In this document: in pieces, positions 36,311 to 45,428 of the stretch
Position numbering within the stretch: the first letter of the stretch is position 1
Layout: every line of letters begins with the position of its first letter
DNA from: Pseudomonas phage AAT-1
Reading direction: 5' to 3' (one strand)
Sequence record: NC_073038.1
Length of the DNA: 57,599 nt
Made by a program: the position numbers and the translations under genes
Notes under the pieces: model-generated
Seen by the model: the letters and a program-made list of their open reading frames with translations, nothing else
Databases searched by the model: none
Told to the model about the DNA's origin: nothing

Positions 36311-37207
36311 TTACTCGATGACCTCGGGACGAGGATTATAGGCCGGCCACGTCAGCTGCTTGGCCTCCTCGGCGTAGCGGACCACGTAGTCGTCAGGGGC
36401 GCGCTCGACCTGCGAGAGCGTCCAGCCCGGCAGCTGCAGCGCGGGCACGACGGGCTCCTGCTTCATCATCTCGACCGTCAGGTCCCAGTGGCTCTCGTAC
36501 AGGTGCGCGTGGGCCAGGGTGACGTGCATGACGCCAGGACGGAGGCGGAGCTCGTGGGCCACGGCGTCCATCAGCAAGGCATGGCCCATGACATCGTACG
36601 GCAGCCCAACGAACACGTCGGAAGAGCGGATGAAGAAGCTGGAGTGCAGCTCCCCGTTGAACACACTGAAGGTGAACGACGCGGGGCAAGGCACATTCCG
36701 CTGGCCGAGTGCGCCGAGCCCGTCCTCCGCCGGGTCCCAGGCGGAGACGTAGCAGCGGCGATCGCTCGGGTCCTTGCGCAGCGCCTCGACAGCGAGCCTG
36801 ATCTGGTCACGGCCGAAGTGGTTGCGCCAGCGATAGCCGTAGGCGGCCTTGACACCCTCGAAGGTGGGGTTGACCTGCACCTTCTCGGGCTGGTGCTCGC
36901 CGATCCGGCGCAGGTCGAGCTCGTCACCGCCAAGAGGCTCGACAAACTTGTCCCACAGTGGCGCGTACTTGCGGATGAAGGTCGCGTCCTGGGTGCCCTG
37001 CAGGTACCACGCGACCTCTGCCGCAGCAGACTTCGGGAAGGTCTTGCGGAAGCCGACCGTGGGCAGCATACCGTCGGACAGGTCCACGCGGAAGGACGTC
37101 CCGCCGCGGCCGACCTTCACACGCACGCCGGTGCGGGCGTTAGTCTCGACGTCGCCGGAGAACACCCAGGCCACGATGGCCCCGTAGGCGTCATAGAAGG
37201 GCACCAT
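36311..37207 (-). CDS. Thymidylate synthase family enzyme (ThyA-like; Asp at the Asn177-equivalent position)
   Basis: Aligns along its full length with E. coli ThyA: DQI..L..DPxxRR.xVSAW, catalytic PC (NVPCPASFTF), RSSDVFVGLPYD vs E. coli RSCDVFLGLPFN. ATGA-coupled start. Confidence 0.75.
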   Translation of the reverse strand: MVPFYDAYGAIVAWVFSGDVETNARTGVRVKVGRGGTSFRVDLSDGMLPTVGFRKTFPKSAAAEVAWYLQGTQDATFIRKYAPLWDKFVEPLGGDELDLRRIGEHQPEKVQVNPTFEGVKAAYGYRWRNHFGRDQIRLAVEALRKDPSDRRCYVSAWDPAEDGLGALGQRNVPCPASFTFSVFNGELHSSFFIRSSDVFVGLPYDVMGHALLMDAVAHELRLRPGVMHVTLAHAHLYESHWDLTVEMMKQEPVVPALQLPGWTLSQVERAPDDYVVRYAEEAKQLTWPAYNPRPEVIE

Positions 37208-38004
37208 CACTCCACCTCCGCCGTGGCAAGCGAGGCCTGCGACAGGCGACCATCGCGCATGGCCTCCGCGTAGTAGGTCGCATAGTTGATGAGGTCCTCC
37301 ACGGTGTCCAGGATGCCCTCGAAGTTAACCGGGCGACCGGTCTGCATGGCCTTGAGCAGCGACTGCAGGCGCAACTCCTTGGTGTGGATCATGTGGGCAT
37401 AGGACAGGTGTCCGAAGGGGAAGTAGGCGTCACGCCCGCCGGGGACGTCGTTGTAGTCCTTGCCCTTGGCCTCGCGCAGCTGCTGCAGGCGGAGCCACAC
37501 CGGGCTGAGGGCCTCACGCTGCGCCTCCTGATCGCGCAGGCGACGGAGGTCCGCGAGGTCGGCCAGGGTGAAGCCCAGGAGCCATGCGTGGTCCGGAGGG
37601 GTCCAGCCCTCGGGCTTGACGGCGTCGTGGCCCTTGGAGCCGGGGCGCTTGGACAGCTCGCCGCGCTCCTTGCCCATATTCGCGCGCTGCACCTCGTCCA
37701 TGACGGCAGTTGCGGGCACGCCCATCTCGATGAGGCGGCCGAGGGCAAAGTAGACAAGGTCGATGAGCGCATCCGCCGCCTCGAGCACGTCGCCCGCCTC
37801 ACAGGCCCCGTTGAACTCGGTCAGCTCCTCCTGCATTGCCGTGTTGGCCCACTCGAGGCGCTGCCCGTCCATGATGGACGGCTCGGCCGGGATGGGGAGG
37901 GCGCAGACCTCCAGGTTGAACTGCTCCACCTTGGCGAGCATGCGCGCTGCCACGGCTGCTGCAAACGCCTCGCGGGGGCTGATGTTGTCGGTTAGGTCGT
38001 GCAT
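37207..38004 (-). CDS. MazG/HisE-like nucleoside triphosphate pyrophosphohydrolase with an unassigned C-terminal domain
   Basis: QEELTEFNGACEAGDVLEAADALIDLVYFALGRL is the EExxE...E..D all-alpha NTP-PPase motif. 265 aa. Confidence 0.55.
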   Translation of the reverse strand: MHDLTDNISPREAFAAAVAARMLAKVEQFNLEVCALPIPAEPSIMDGQRLEWANTAMQEELTEFNGACEAGDVLEAADALIDLVYFALGRLIEMGVPATAVMDEVQRANMGKERGELSKRPGSKGHDAVKPEGWTPPDHAWLLGFTLADLADLRRLRDQEAQREALSPVWLRLQQLREAKGKDYNDVPGGRDAYFPFGHLSYAHMIHTKELRLQSLLKAMQTGRPVNFEGILDTVEDLINYATYYAEAMRDGRLSQASLATAEVE

Positions 38005-38088
38005 GGTTGACTCCTTACAGGTTGAACGTGGAAACTAGATGATGACATAGCCGGGGGCGTGAGCACGCCGCCATCCCGGCTTGAGTAG

Positions 38089-38316
38089 CTAAACGCTGAC
38101 GCCCTCGGCCCGTAGGATGCGGCGGACGGAGCAGCGGCAATTCTCGAGGGCGCGCCAGTCGCTCGGGGTCTTGGCGCAGGAGTAGGAGAACTTGCGGCCA
38201 CCAAGCTCCCACTTGACCTTCACGTGCTTGCGGCCGACGTGGACGGAGTACTCCAGGCCTGCGGCCTCGAGCACGGTGCCCACGACGTCGGACTCCTGTC
38301 GTCGGGCCACGGTCAT
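38089..38316 (-). CDS. Hypothetical small protein
   Basis: 75 aa ORF. Confidence 0.35.
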   Translation of the reverse strand: MTVARRQESDVVGTVLEAAGLEYSVHVGRKHVKVKWELGGRKFSYSCAKTPSDWRALENCRCSVRRILRAEGVSV

Positions 38317-39308
38317 TCCCCCTTCTTGGCCCGCGGCTGCTTTGCCCCGAAGACCACGTGGCCATCTGGGACGATGAGGCGGGCCATCGCACTGTCCTCG
38401 CTCAGCTCGTACCCAAGCCCGTTCTCCTTGTTGATGGTGAACAGGTGGGACAGCACGGCGGAGCGGTCCAGGTCCAGCTTGGCCATGGCCTCGGCGATGG
38501 GGAAAAACCCCGACACGAACATGCGGGCGACCGTGGCGCGCTTGCCCGGCTCAGGGATCGGCTTCAGGGCCTCCACGACGACGGGCTTGCCGCTGGTGCG
38601 CTTCCTGGGCTCGGGCGAGCCCTCTGGGCGCTCTGGCTTGGCGGCTCGGACGGGGCGCTCTGGCTCCACCCAGGCGAACAGGTCGAAGCCCTCTGGCACG
38701 ACCAGCCGAGCGCAGTCGCTCATCAGCTCGTAGCCGACGCCGTGGTCCTTGTTGAGGGTGAACAGGTGAGATAGCACCCCGGACCGTGTCAGGCCGAGAC
38801 GGGCCATTGCCTCGTGCAGAGACTGGGGCTCCTCGTGCATGAAGAAGCGCGCCACGTCGGCCCGCTTGCTGGATGGGTTGCACGGGCGGAGAGCCGCCTC
38901 GTCCACCTGCTTGCCGCCGCGAGCCTTGTTCTCGTCGCGCTTCGCCGGGTCCGGCGGTGGCGGCAGGAACTTTGGCACCGGCTGGCCGAGCTCGGTCAGC
39001 ACGAGGGCGGCCACGCCGAAGTCGCGTTGGAACCCAAGCTTGACGGCCTCCTCCCACGCTTGGTTGATGTGGTCAGCCAGCTTCTCCGGCGTCACCTCCA
39101 CGTCGACGGCCGAGGCCAGCTCGCCGCAGCGGTTGTTGACCTGGTAGGCCTCAAGCGTGAATGGGCTGAATATAGTGGAGCGCTTGTCGCCGGGGATGAT
39201 GACTGCGTGCCCGTGACCGCTGGTGGGAGGGTCGGTTATCTCGTACTTGTGCTTCCAGTAGTTCGGGGCGCCACCTCGGACGAAGTAGATGCGGGCGAAT
39301 CGGATCAT
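38313..39308 (-). CDS. Hypothetical protein with internally duplicated ~55-aa C-terminal modules
   Basis: ATG at 39308 after a CAGGAG SD. The two repeats SLHEAMARLGLTRSGVLSHLFTLNKDHGVGYELM... and IAEAMAKLDLDRSAVLSHLFTINKENGLGYELS... are clearly homologous. Confidence 0.45.
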   Translation of the reverse strand: MIRFARIYFVRGGAPNYWKHKYEITDPPTSGHGHAVIIPGDKRSTIFSPFTLEAYQVNNRCGELASAVDVEVTPEKLADHINQAWEEAVKLGFQRDFGVAALVLTELGQPVPKFLPPPPDPAKRDENKARGGKQVDEAALRPCNPSSKRADVARFFMHEEPQSLHEAMARLGLTRSGVLSHLFTLNKDHGVGYELMSDCARLVVPEGFDLFAWVEPERPVRAAKPERPEGSPEPRKRTSGKPVVVEALKPIPEPGKRATVARMFVSGFFPIAEAMAKLDLDRSAVLSHLFTINKENGLGYELSEDSAMARLIVPDGHVVFGAKQPRAKKGE

Positions 39309-39410
39309 GCTGTACTCCTGGCGGTACAAAGAGAAGAGGGACGTGCCTTTCGGTCACGTCCCTCATCTTACTGCCCGGGGCCAGCCCCGTGGACCATCAT
39401 CTTCCCGCGA

Positions 39411-39902
39411 TCACTCGAGGAAGCTCTGGCCCTCGCCGCTGGCCTGCTCGCCACCGGTCTCGCCAGCCGCCTGGGCCTTCTCGGCTTCCTTCTTGGCCTT
39501 GGCCTCGGCCTTCTCAGCGGCCTTGGCCTCCTTGGCGGCCTGCTTCTCGGCTTCCTTCTTGGCCTTGGCCTCGGCCTTCTCGGCCTCCTTCTTGGCCTTG
39601 GCCTCGGCCTTCTCGGCCTCCTTGGCGGCCTTGGCCTCAGCCTTGGCGTCCGCCTTCAGCTCGCGGGCGGTCGGCACGTTCTCGCCGTCGCCGCGCAGCT
39701 TGTTGCGGTACCAGTTGATGCTGGCCATGGAGGTCTTGGCCTCCGGGAACTGCTCCTTCACCGCGGCGAGGACCTCCTCGTTGGTCTTGCCCTCGCGGAT
39801 CAGGGTCTTGGCGACGTCGCCGACGCCCGGGCCCTTCGGCTCCTTGGTCTGCTCGGCCGCGCCCTCGGCGCCCTCGGTCTGGGTGTTCAGCTCTTCGCTC
39901 AT
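39411..39902 (-). CDS. Lys/Ala/Glu-rich (histone H1-like) protein with N-terminal helix-loop-helix module
   Basis: N-terminus EEVLAAVKEQFPEAKTSMASINWYRNKLRG. Then (AKAEAKAKKEAEK)n encoded by about 39-bp tandem DNA repeats. Confidence 0.5.
   Translation of the reverse strand: MSEELNTQTEGAEGAAEQTKEPKGPGVGDVAKTLIREGKTNEEVLAAVKEQFPEAKTSMASINWYRNKLRGDGENVPTARELKADAKAEAKAAKEAEKAEAKAKKEAEKAEAKAKKEAEKQAAKEAKAAEKAEAKAKKEAEKAQAAGETGGEQASGEGQSFLE
39470..39655 (-). repeat. Imperfect ~39-bp tandem repeats (ggccttggcctcggccttctcggcctccttctt...)
   Basis: Visible directly in the sequence. They encode the KAEAKAK repeats. Confidence 0.7.
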
Positions 39903-40038
39903 GGTTCTCTCCTTCAGAGTGGTTTGGTCAGACTGCGCCGCCCGATCGGGCGACGTGCCCGGCGTGCGTCAGTGGTTGCAAGTGTACCGCCGGGCTGCTG
40001 TGACCTGGAGCCGTCGTTCGCGCGCCCGGTCGGGGCTA

Positions 40039-41535
40039 TCACAGCTGCGCCCGGAATAGGGCCAGCAGACGATCGCGGAGGCCACGCCCTGCCAAGGACT
40101 CCGACACCGAGCGCTTCTCGCCGAGGTTGGCGAGGATGTACTCGTCGACAGTGCCTGGGGTGACGAAGTCCTTGATGGTCACGGTCTTGCCGCCGATCTG
40201 GGTCGCCCGCTCGTTCGCCTGGTCCCGCTCGATCAGGTCGAAGGTGTGGGAGTACCACAGGATCAGGTCGGCCGCCGACAGGTCGAGGCCCTGTCCACCA
40301 GCCTTCGGCTGGCCGACAAAGACCCGCACCCCTGGATCGCTGTTGAAGCTGTCGATGGCCTGCTGACGCTTGGCCTGCGAGTGGACCGCGCCGTGGTACT
40401 CCACGCAGCGGATGCCCTCCTTGGACAGGGAGCGCACGACGCGGCGGATGTCCTCGCGGTACTTGCACCAGACGATGACCTTGCGGTCCGACGAACGCAC
40501 CTCGTCCAGCATGGCCTGCAGCCTCGGGTTGTCCTCGTCGGCGACGAGCTCCCGTACCTGCCCGTCCACGTCGACGACGAAGCCGCCAAGCATCTGCTGT
40601 AGCTTGACTAGGCGGGCGCCGCCGTCTACGGCCTCGACCTCGCCGCCGTCCTCGAGCTCCAGGATCATCTCCTTGACGAGCGTGCGATACGCGTCCATCA
40701 GGCGCTCTGGCAGCGCCACGGTGCGCTCATCCATGACCAGGTCAGGCATGTCGTCGACGTCCTCGCGGAGGACCACTGAGGACCACCGGGCCATCCGCTC
40801 CTGCAGGTCGTCCAGGTTGCGGTAGTGGTCCAGCCGGTCGTACGATCTGCCGCCCTTCGTCCGCTCCTGGACGTAGTAGGCATAGTGCCCCTCGAAGTCG
40901 GCGAACGTGTCGAAGCCTAGCGCCTTGTCCTCGAGCAGCTCGAACTGGCTGTAGGCAGCCAGCGGGCTATTCGACACGGCGGTGCCCGTCAGGATGCGAC
41001 GGACCCGGCAGTACCGCTTGAGGGACCGCGCCCGCTTGGTGCGCTTGGAGCCCGGCGAGCGGAAGTCGTGCGACTCGTCCACCACGAGCATGACCCGCCC
41101 CTTGTACTTTCGCAGGAAGCGCCCGATGAGCTTGGCGGGCTTGTCGTGGATGATGGACTCCGAGTTGACGGCTAGCACGGCCAGCGCCTCGGACGGCTTC
41201 GCCGAGAGCACCCGCTCAAGGGAGGCTGCGTGCTCAGGCTTGGCCGCCTCGGACGCCTGCCACGCATGGGCTACGTACGGCACCGTGTTCCACATGTGGA
41301 TTGGTAGCTGGCGCCGCACCCAGTTGACGTGGACCCCATTCGGGGCTATGACCAGCACTGCGTCAATGTCGCCCCTGGCGCGGCGGTAGCAGGCGACGTC
41401 CAGGGTGGCCTTGGTCTTCCCGGTCCGCATCTGCCAGAGCAGCGCGCGGGCGTCGTCATCGCGGTGCCGCTCCCACTCGATTTGCTGGTGCTTGAAGTTT
41501 GCCAGGCGCAGCGGGAACTCAGTCATGGTAGCCAT
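40039..41535 (-). CDS. SNF2/DEAD-like helicase
   Basis: Walker A MRTGKTK, DESH motif II and a C-terminal helicase domain (..VFVGQPKAGGQGLDL..). 498 aa. Confidence 0.75.
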   Translation of the reverse strand: MATMTEFPLRLANFKHQQIEWERHRDDDARALLWQMRTGKTKATLDVACYRRARGDIDAVLVIAPNGVHVNWVRRQLPIHMWNTVPYVAHAWQASEAAKPEHAASLERVLSAKPSEALAVLAVNSESIIHDKPAKLIGRFLRKYKGRVMLVVDESHDFRSPGSKRTKRARSLKRYCRVRRILTGTAVSNSPLAAYSQFELLEDKALGFDTFADFEGHYAYYVQERTKGGRSYDRLDHYRNLDDLQERMARWSSVVLREDVDDMPDLVMDERTVALPERLMDAYRTLVKEMILELEDGGEVEAVDGGARLVKLQQMLGGFVVDVDGQVRELVADEDNPRLQAMLDEVRSSDRKVIVWCKYREDIRRVVRSLSKEGIRCVEYHGAVHSQAKRQQAIDSFNSDPGVRVFVGQPKAGGQGLDLSAADLILWYSHTFDLIERDQANERATQIGGKTVTIKDFVTPGTVDEYILANLGEKRSVSESLAGRGLRDRLLALFRAQL

Positions 41536-41722
41536 CGTCTTCTCCTAGCACTTGGTACGGCGGCATGTCCTCCGTCATGCGCGAGGAGCTCGGCTGCCTG
41601 CGCATCCGCTTGTCCATGGCGCACCCGCAAAGGTAGTATGGCCCAACGCCGTCCCAGCCGCGGCCGTGGCGCGGGCACAGGCCCGCCTTCTTCTCTTTGT
41701 TCGTCTGCATCTCGTTCCTCAC
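41519..41722 (-). CDS. Small Cys-containing protein (possible)
   Basis: 67 aa ORF that exactly fills the gap between the polymerase stop and the helicase start. Confidence 0.3.
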   Translation of the reverse strand: MRNEMQTNKEKKAGLCPRHGRGWDGVGPYYLCGCAMDKRMRRQPSSSRMTEDMPPYQVLGEDDGYHD

Positions 41723-43992
41723 TTCTTGTACCTATACCCTGCCCAGCCTTCGGCCGCGACGGGGCATCCGTCAGCCCAGTCGGGCACGTGGGCCATGACG
41801 GCTTCGAAGTCCTCCACGCTGCCGACGCCCTCGTCGCACTCCGCGATGAGCTCGTCGTGCACTGACAGGATGACGTCGTACATGCCCTCCTGGTGGCAGC
41901 GCAGCATGGCATCCGCCATCAGGTCGCGGGCCGAGGCCTGCGTTATGTTCTCCACCAGCATCCCGCCGTAGGTGTCCTGCCGGCGCCACTTCTTGGTGTA
42001 CGGGTCGACGCCCATGTAGGTTAGGCAGTCGCGCTTCTCGCCCCACGGCGTCGCCTTCTTCTCGACGCGCGGGTCACAGTAGCCCAGGAGCCGACCGCTC
42101 GGGAGCCGACAGTGCAGGAACCCGTCAAAGCACATCCAGCGCACGCGGCCGCAGCGGAACTGCCGGCCAGGCTGCTGTACGGCGGCGATGGCCGCGGCCT
42201 CCTGGTCCCACCACATCTTCTTGACCCGCCAGAACTTCTTGCGGTACTTGTCAACGATGAGCTGGGCGAAGTCCAGCTCGATGAAGATGCCCCACTTCTC
42301 GGCAAGCGTCGCCTGGAACTTCTTGGCCCCCATCTGGTAGCCCAGGCCGAGGACGGCCTGCTTGCCCATCTGGCGCTCGTCGGCCTGCTTGACCTTGTCC
42401 GTGATTGGCCGCCCGTAAATCTCCGTGGCCATCGCCATGTAGATGCACTCGCGACGGCGGAACACGTCCAGCGCCTCGTCGTCTCCGGCAAGCCACAGCA
42501 CCACGCGAGCCTCGATGGCCGCGTAGTCCGCCACCATCAGCCGCCTACCGGGCGACGGGACGATCATCCCGCGCAGCGCGTGCGACAGGAGCGTCATCAC
42601 GTCCCCGTACATCAGCTCCATCAGGTCGACGTCGCGGGTCTTGATGACCTCCCACGCGAAGTCCATGTCCTTGATGCTGCCGCGGGGGAAGTTGTGCGGC
42701 TGCACGCCGGACCCTGACCACCGGCCCGTGCCGGCACCGTGGTAGAGCAGGCCGCCGTGGACCCGCCAGGTGCCCGGAGCGGCCCAGTTCTGCGCCGCAA
42801 CGAACTTGGCAGTGCTAGACCTGCCGAGCGCCCGGACGAGCTCCAGGCCGCGCCTGACCTCGGCCCCTAGGTCCTCGCGACGGAGCCACGAGTCGATGGT
42901 GCCACCCTGTGTGTCCTCGAGCGGCAGGCCCATCTCGTTGAACCACTGTATCATGCGGGCCCGCTGCGTCGCCTTCTGCACCTGCCCGTCCGTGAGGGCT
43001 ACCAGCTCGGCGTTGAGCTCCGAGAAGATGCCGTCCACCACCTCCAGCGCCGCGGCTATGCCCTCGTCGTCTAGCTGGAACCCGCGCTCGTTGATGGCCT
43101 GGTCCATGAGGTACATCTCCGTCTCCTTGGCGGAGAGGTCGCGCAGGCGGTGCGACGCTGCCTCCTCAGCCAGGACGTCCTGCCGGCAGTAGGCCCACAG
43201 GCGCTCGAACTCCTCCACGCCCTCGTGCCAGAAGAACGGCAGGCGGTACGACCGGTCCACCTGCGCGCCGTCCTCCCACGTGGCATCCACCAGCCAGCCC
43301 TCGTCCGTCGGCGAGACCGTGAAGTGTAGGGACTTGACGACCTGCTTGGCGGTGCCGATGTCGGAGTTCTCCAGTAGCCACTGCTTTACCTCGGCCTTGC
43401 GCGGCTTGCGCGGCTTGGAGACCTTCTTCATGACCTTGGCGCCCTCGGTGTCCTTCTTGACGGCAAGGGCCAGGGCCACGGTCAGCATGTCCAGCGAGCG
43501 CGGCAGGGAGTAGGCTGCAGCCTTGGCGGCGGAGCACCGCCACTGCCGGTGGCCGATCGCGGGCCAGCCCAGCTTGGGCACGCAGATGTTGGTCCAGATG
43601 CCGCGCTCGAACCACGCGTTGTGGGCCTCCACGAGCCCGCCGGAGACTATCCAGTCGAAGAGCTCGTCCAGCTCAGCATGGTCTGACTCGCGGATGCCGA
43701 GGTGCGGGTAGGCCGGGTGCCACAAGGCCGTGCGGCCCTCCTCCCAGTGAGGAAGACGGAAGGCCAGGCACATCACGGAGGTGGTGGGGTCGAGGGAGTA
43801 GCGCCACGACCCGCAGTCCTTGATGGAGCAGGCCGAGCGCGTCTCGAAGTCGATCGTGGCCTTCGGCGGGTTGTCGTACCGGAGCTCCCGGGTGGCGAGT
43901 ACCGACGCGGAGGGCCGCATCTTGGTCGCCACCACCGGCTCCAGGGTTGTCTCTGTCGTCAAGGGAGGGTCTCCTTCTAAGCAGTCTCCCAT
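41719..43992 (-). CDS. DNA polymerase I (family A) with 3'-5' exonuclease domain
   Basis: Exo I IDFETRS, motif A MVADYAAIEARV, motif B K..VLGLGYQMG, motif C VHDELI. Start uncertain: the ATG at 43992 abuts the upstream stop, alternatives are 44055 or 43920. Confidence 0.8.
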   Translation of the reverse strand: MGDCLEGDPPLTTETTLEPVVATKMRPSASVLATRELRYDNPPKATIDFETRSACSIKDCGSWRYSLDPTTSVMCLAFRLPHWEEGRTALWHPAYPHLGIRESDHAELDELFDWIVSGGLVEAHNAWFERGIWTNICVPKLGWPAIGHRQWRCSAAKAAAYSLPRSLDMLTVALALAVKKDTEGAKVMKKVSKPRKPRKAEVKQWLLENSDIGTAKQVVKSLHFTVSPTDEGWLVDATWEDGAQVDRSYRLPFFWHEGVEEFERLWAYCRQDVLAEEAASHRLRDLSAKETEMYLMDQAINERGFQLDDEGIAAALEVVDGIFSELNAELVALTDGQVQKATQRARMIQWFNEMGLPLEDTQGGTIDSWLRREDLGAEVRRGLELVRALGRSSTAKFVAAQNWAAPGTWRVHGGLLYHGAGTGRWSGSGVQPHNFPRGSIKDMDFAWEVIKTRDVDLMELMYGDVMTLLSHALRGMIVPSPGRRLMVADYAAIEARVVLWLAGDDEALDVFRRRECIYMAMATEIYGRPITDKVKQADERQMGKQAVLGLGYQMGAKKFQATLAEKWGIFIELDFAQLIVDKYRKKFWRVKKMWWDQEAAAIAAVQQPGRQFRCGRVRWMCFDGFLHCRLPSGRLLGYCDPRVEKKATPWGEKRDCLTYMGVDPYTKKWRRQDTYGGMLVENITQASARDLMADAMLRCHQEGMYDVILSVHDELIAECDEGVGSVEDFEAVMAHVPDWADGCPVAAEGWAGYRYKK

Positions 43993-43993
43993 G

Positions 43994-44446
43994 CTACCGC
44001 GGCGGGTCGGCGAAGTCCACCGCCGTCTCCCAGGCTCGGAAGACCTCGTTGGCACGAAGGCACTCCTCGCGCGTCAGCTCGCCGACGTGGAAGCGCCGCT
44101 CGGGCCCGAAGCCCATGAGGCCCGCCATGAGGCCGTAGACCTCGCCGCGCGACCGCAGGCCGGACTTCCAGGTGGGGTCTATCATGGCGTGCAGTGCCCT
44201 CCGCAGCGACCGAGTCTCGTCGTCCGCCATCAGACCCAGCGGGTAGACCGAGCGCGGATGGCACCCGACGAAGGCACCGCAGGCCATGCACAGATAGATC
44301 ATGGGCCAGTCGCCGCACTCCCGGCCGTAGACGACTTCGTTGCCAACCAGGACCACGAGGTCGTCGCCGCAGCAGTCGCAGGCCGTCGGGGGCTCCCGCC
44401 AGTCGGCGAACCGCTTGCGGTAGTTGTACGGTCGAAGGCTCACCAT
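43994..44446 (-). CDS. DUF3268-like zinc-finger protein
   Basis: CDCCGDDL...YLCMACGAFVGCHPRSVYPLG...SLRRALHAMIDPTWKSG matches the phage DUF3268 pattern. Confidence 0.5.
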   Translation of the reverse strand: MVSLRPYNYRKRFADWREPPTACDCCGDDLVVLVGNEVVYGRECGDWPMIYLCMACGAFVGCHPRSVYPLGLMADDETRSLRRALHAMIDPTWKSGLRSRGEVYGLMAGLMGFGPERRFHVGELTREECLRANEVFRAWETAVDFADPPR

Positions 44447-44835
44447 GAGGACTCGTCCTCCAGTATGGTCTGCATGTAGTGCGAGACTATTGGGTCACTG
44501 TCGGAGGTGTGCCCATTGGCCAGCGCACGCGCGGCCTTTTCCAGTCGCCCGACGTCGATGGCGCCTATGCGCGCCTCCCGGACCAGCGCGTTCTTCGTGG
44601 CGTAGATGGGCCGCAGGGCCGTCAGCTTGACGACCTCGAGCTCCTGCCACCGACGTCCGATGGATCGTATGACGTCGGAGAGCTTGACGTAGCGGACGCC
44701 GGGCACTAGGCCGTCTGGCCGATCCACCGGATTGCCGGCGAAGTCGGCCACGGCGTTGAGGTCTCTCAGGGGCCACGCGCCGAAGTGGCACAGCGGGCAC
44801 GGCTCCGACAGGTTGTGCTCCGTGCAGCGGCTCAT
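44440..44835 (-). CDS. Hypothetical protein
   Basis: Start at MSRCTEHN (131 aa). The upstream extension in the ORF track is Arg/Pro-rich artefact. Confidence 0.4.
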   Translation of the reverse strand: MSRCTEHNLSEPCPLCHFGAWPLRDLNAVADFAGNPVDRPDGLVPGVRYVKLSDVIRSIGRRWQELEVVKLTALRPIYATKNALVREARIGAIDVGRLEKAARALANGHTSDSDPIVSHYMQTILEDESSW

Positions 44836-45095
44836 CGGGTCGCCTCCGCCGCGTAGGCCTTCATGGTGTGCAGGAAGGTACGCCACAGCAGGTCGCTGCA
44901 GCCCATGTCGGACCAGTGCACGAGCACCGAGCGCGGCACCATGAGGTTGTCGCGAGACGCAGGGACCCGCGTCACCGCGTAGTCCTCGCCCTCTAGCTCT
45001 ACCCACTGACCGACGCCGAGCTGCACGCCGACCGGTCGGAACGCGTGGCCGTCCAGGGGGCCTCCGATGATGAGGAATATCTGCTGGCGGGCCAT
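44832..45095 (-). CDS. Hypothetical protein
   Basis: 87 aa from MARQQIFLI. Confidence 0.35.
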   Translation of the reverse strand: MARQQIFLIIGGPLDGHAFRPVGVQLGVGQWVELEGEDYAVTRVPASRDNLMVPRSVLVHWSDMGCSDLLWRTFLHTMKAYAAEATR

Positions 45096-45427
45096 CACTC
45101 GTCCTCGAGCTCGTGCGGGTAGTAGAAGACCTCCGATGAGGCCCCGTCGCGCAGCACCCACACCTTGCCCACGGGGTTCGGCTCCTGGAACACAACGACG
45201 CCGTGGGCGCCAGGGTGGAAGCCGGCCGACCTCGTGGCCGCGACACGGTCGCCGCGCTTGAAGCGCCGGACGGCCGGGAGCTTAAGGGTCGAGTCGACCC
45301 GCTCGATTGAGAGCCGGCGGCCGTGGCGGACCACGTAGTATGGTCGGCCCTCCTCCATGTGGCGTAACGGCGAGCGCACGCCGCCAGTCAGCAGCAGCAC
45401 AATAACCCAGCGCAAGAATGCCTTCAT
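45095..45427 (-). CDS. Small secreted/signal-peptide protein
   Basis: N-terminal MKAFLRWVIVLLLTGGVRSP looks like a signal peptide. Confidence 0.4.
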   Translation of the reverse strand: MKAFLRWVIVLLLTGGVRSPLRHMEEGRPYYVVRHGRRLSIERVDSTLKLPAVRRFKRGDRVAATRSAGFHPGAHGVVVFQEPNPVGKVWVLRDGASSEVFYYPHELEDE

Positions 45428-45428
45428 G

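Noticed and set aside
36041-37273. 410-aa plus-strand ORF overlapping the HNH-like and TS-like genes
   Set aside because: Antisense to well-supported minus-strand genes (ThyA-like motifs). Composition is Leu/Arg/Gly/Ala-rich and non-protein-like.
38814-40163. 449-aa plus-strand ORF with LLGLGLGLL repeats
   Set aside because: Mirror image of the minus-strand KAEAK tandem-repeat gene. Repeats translate to low-complexity Leu/Gly in the antisense frame.
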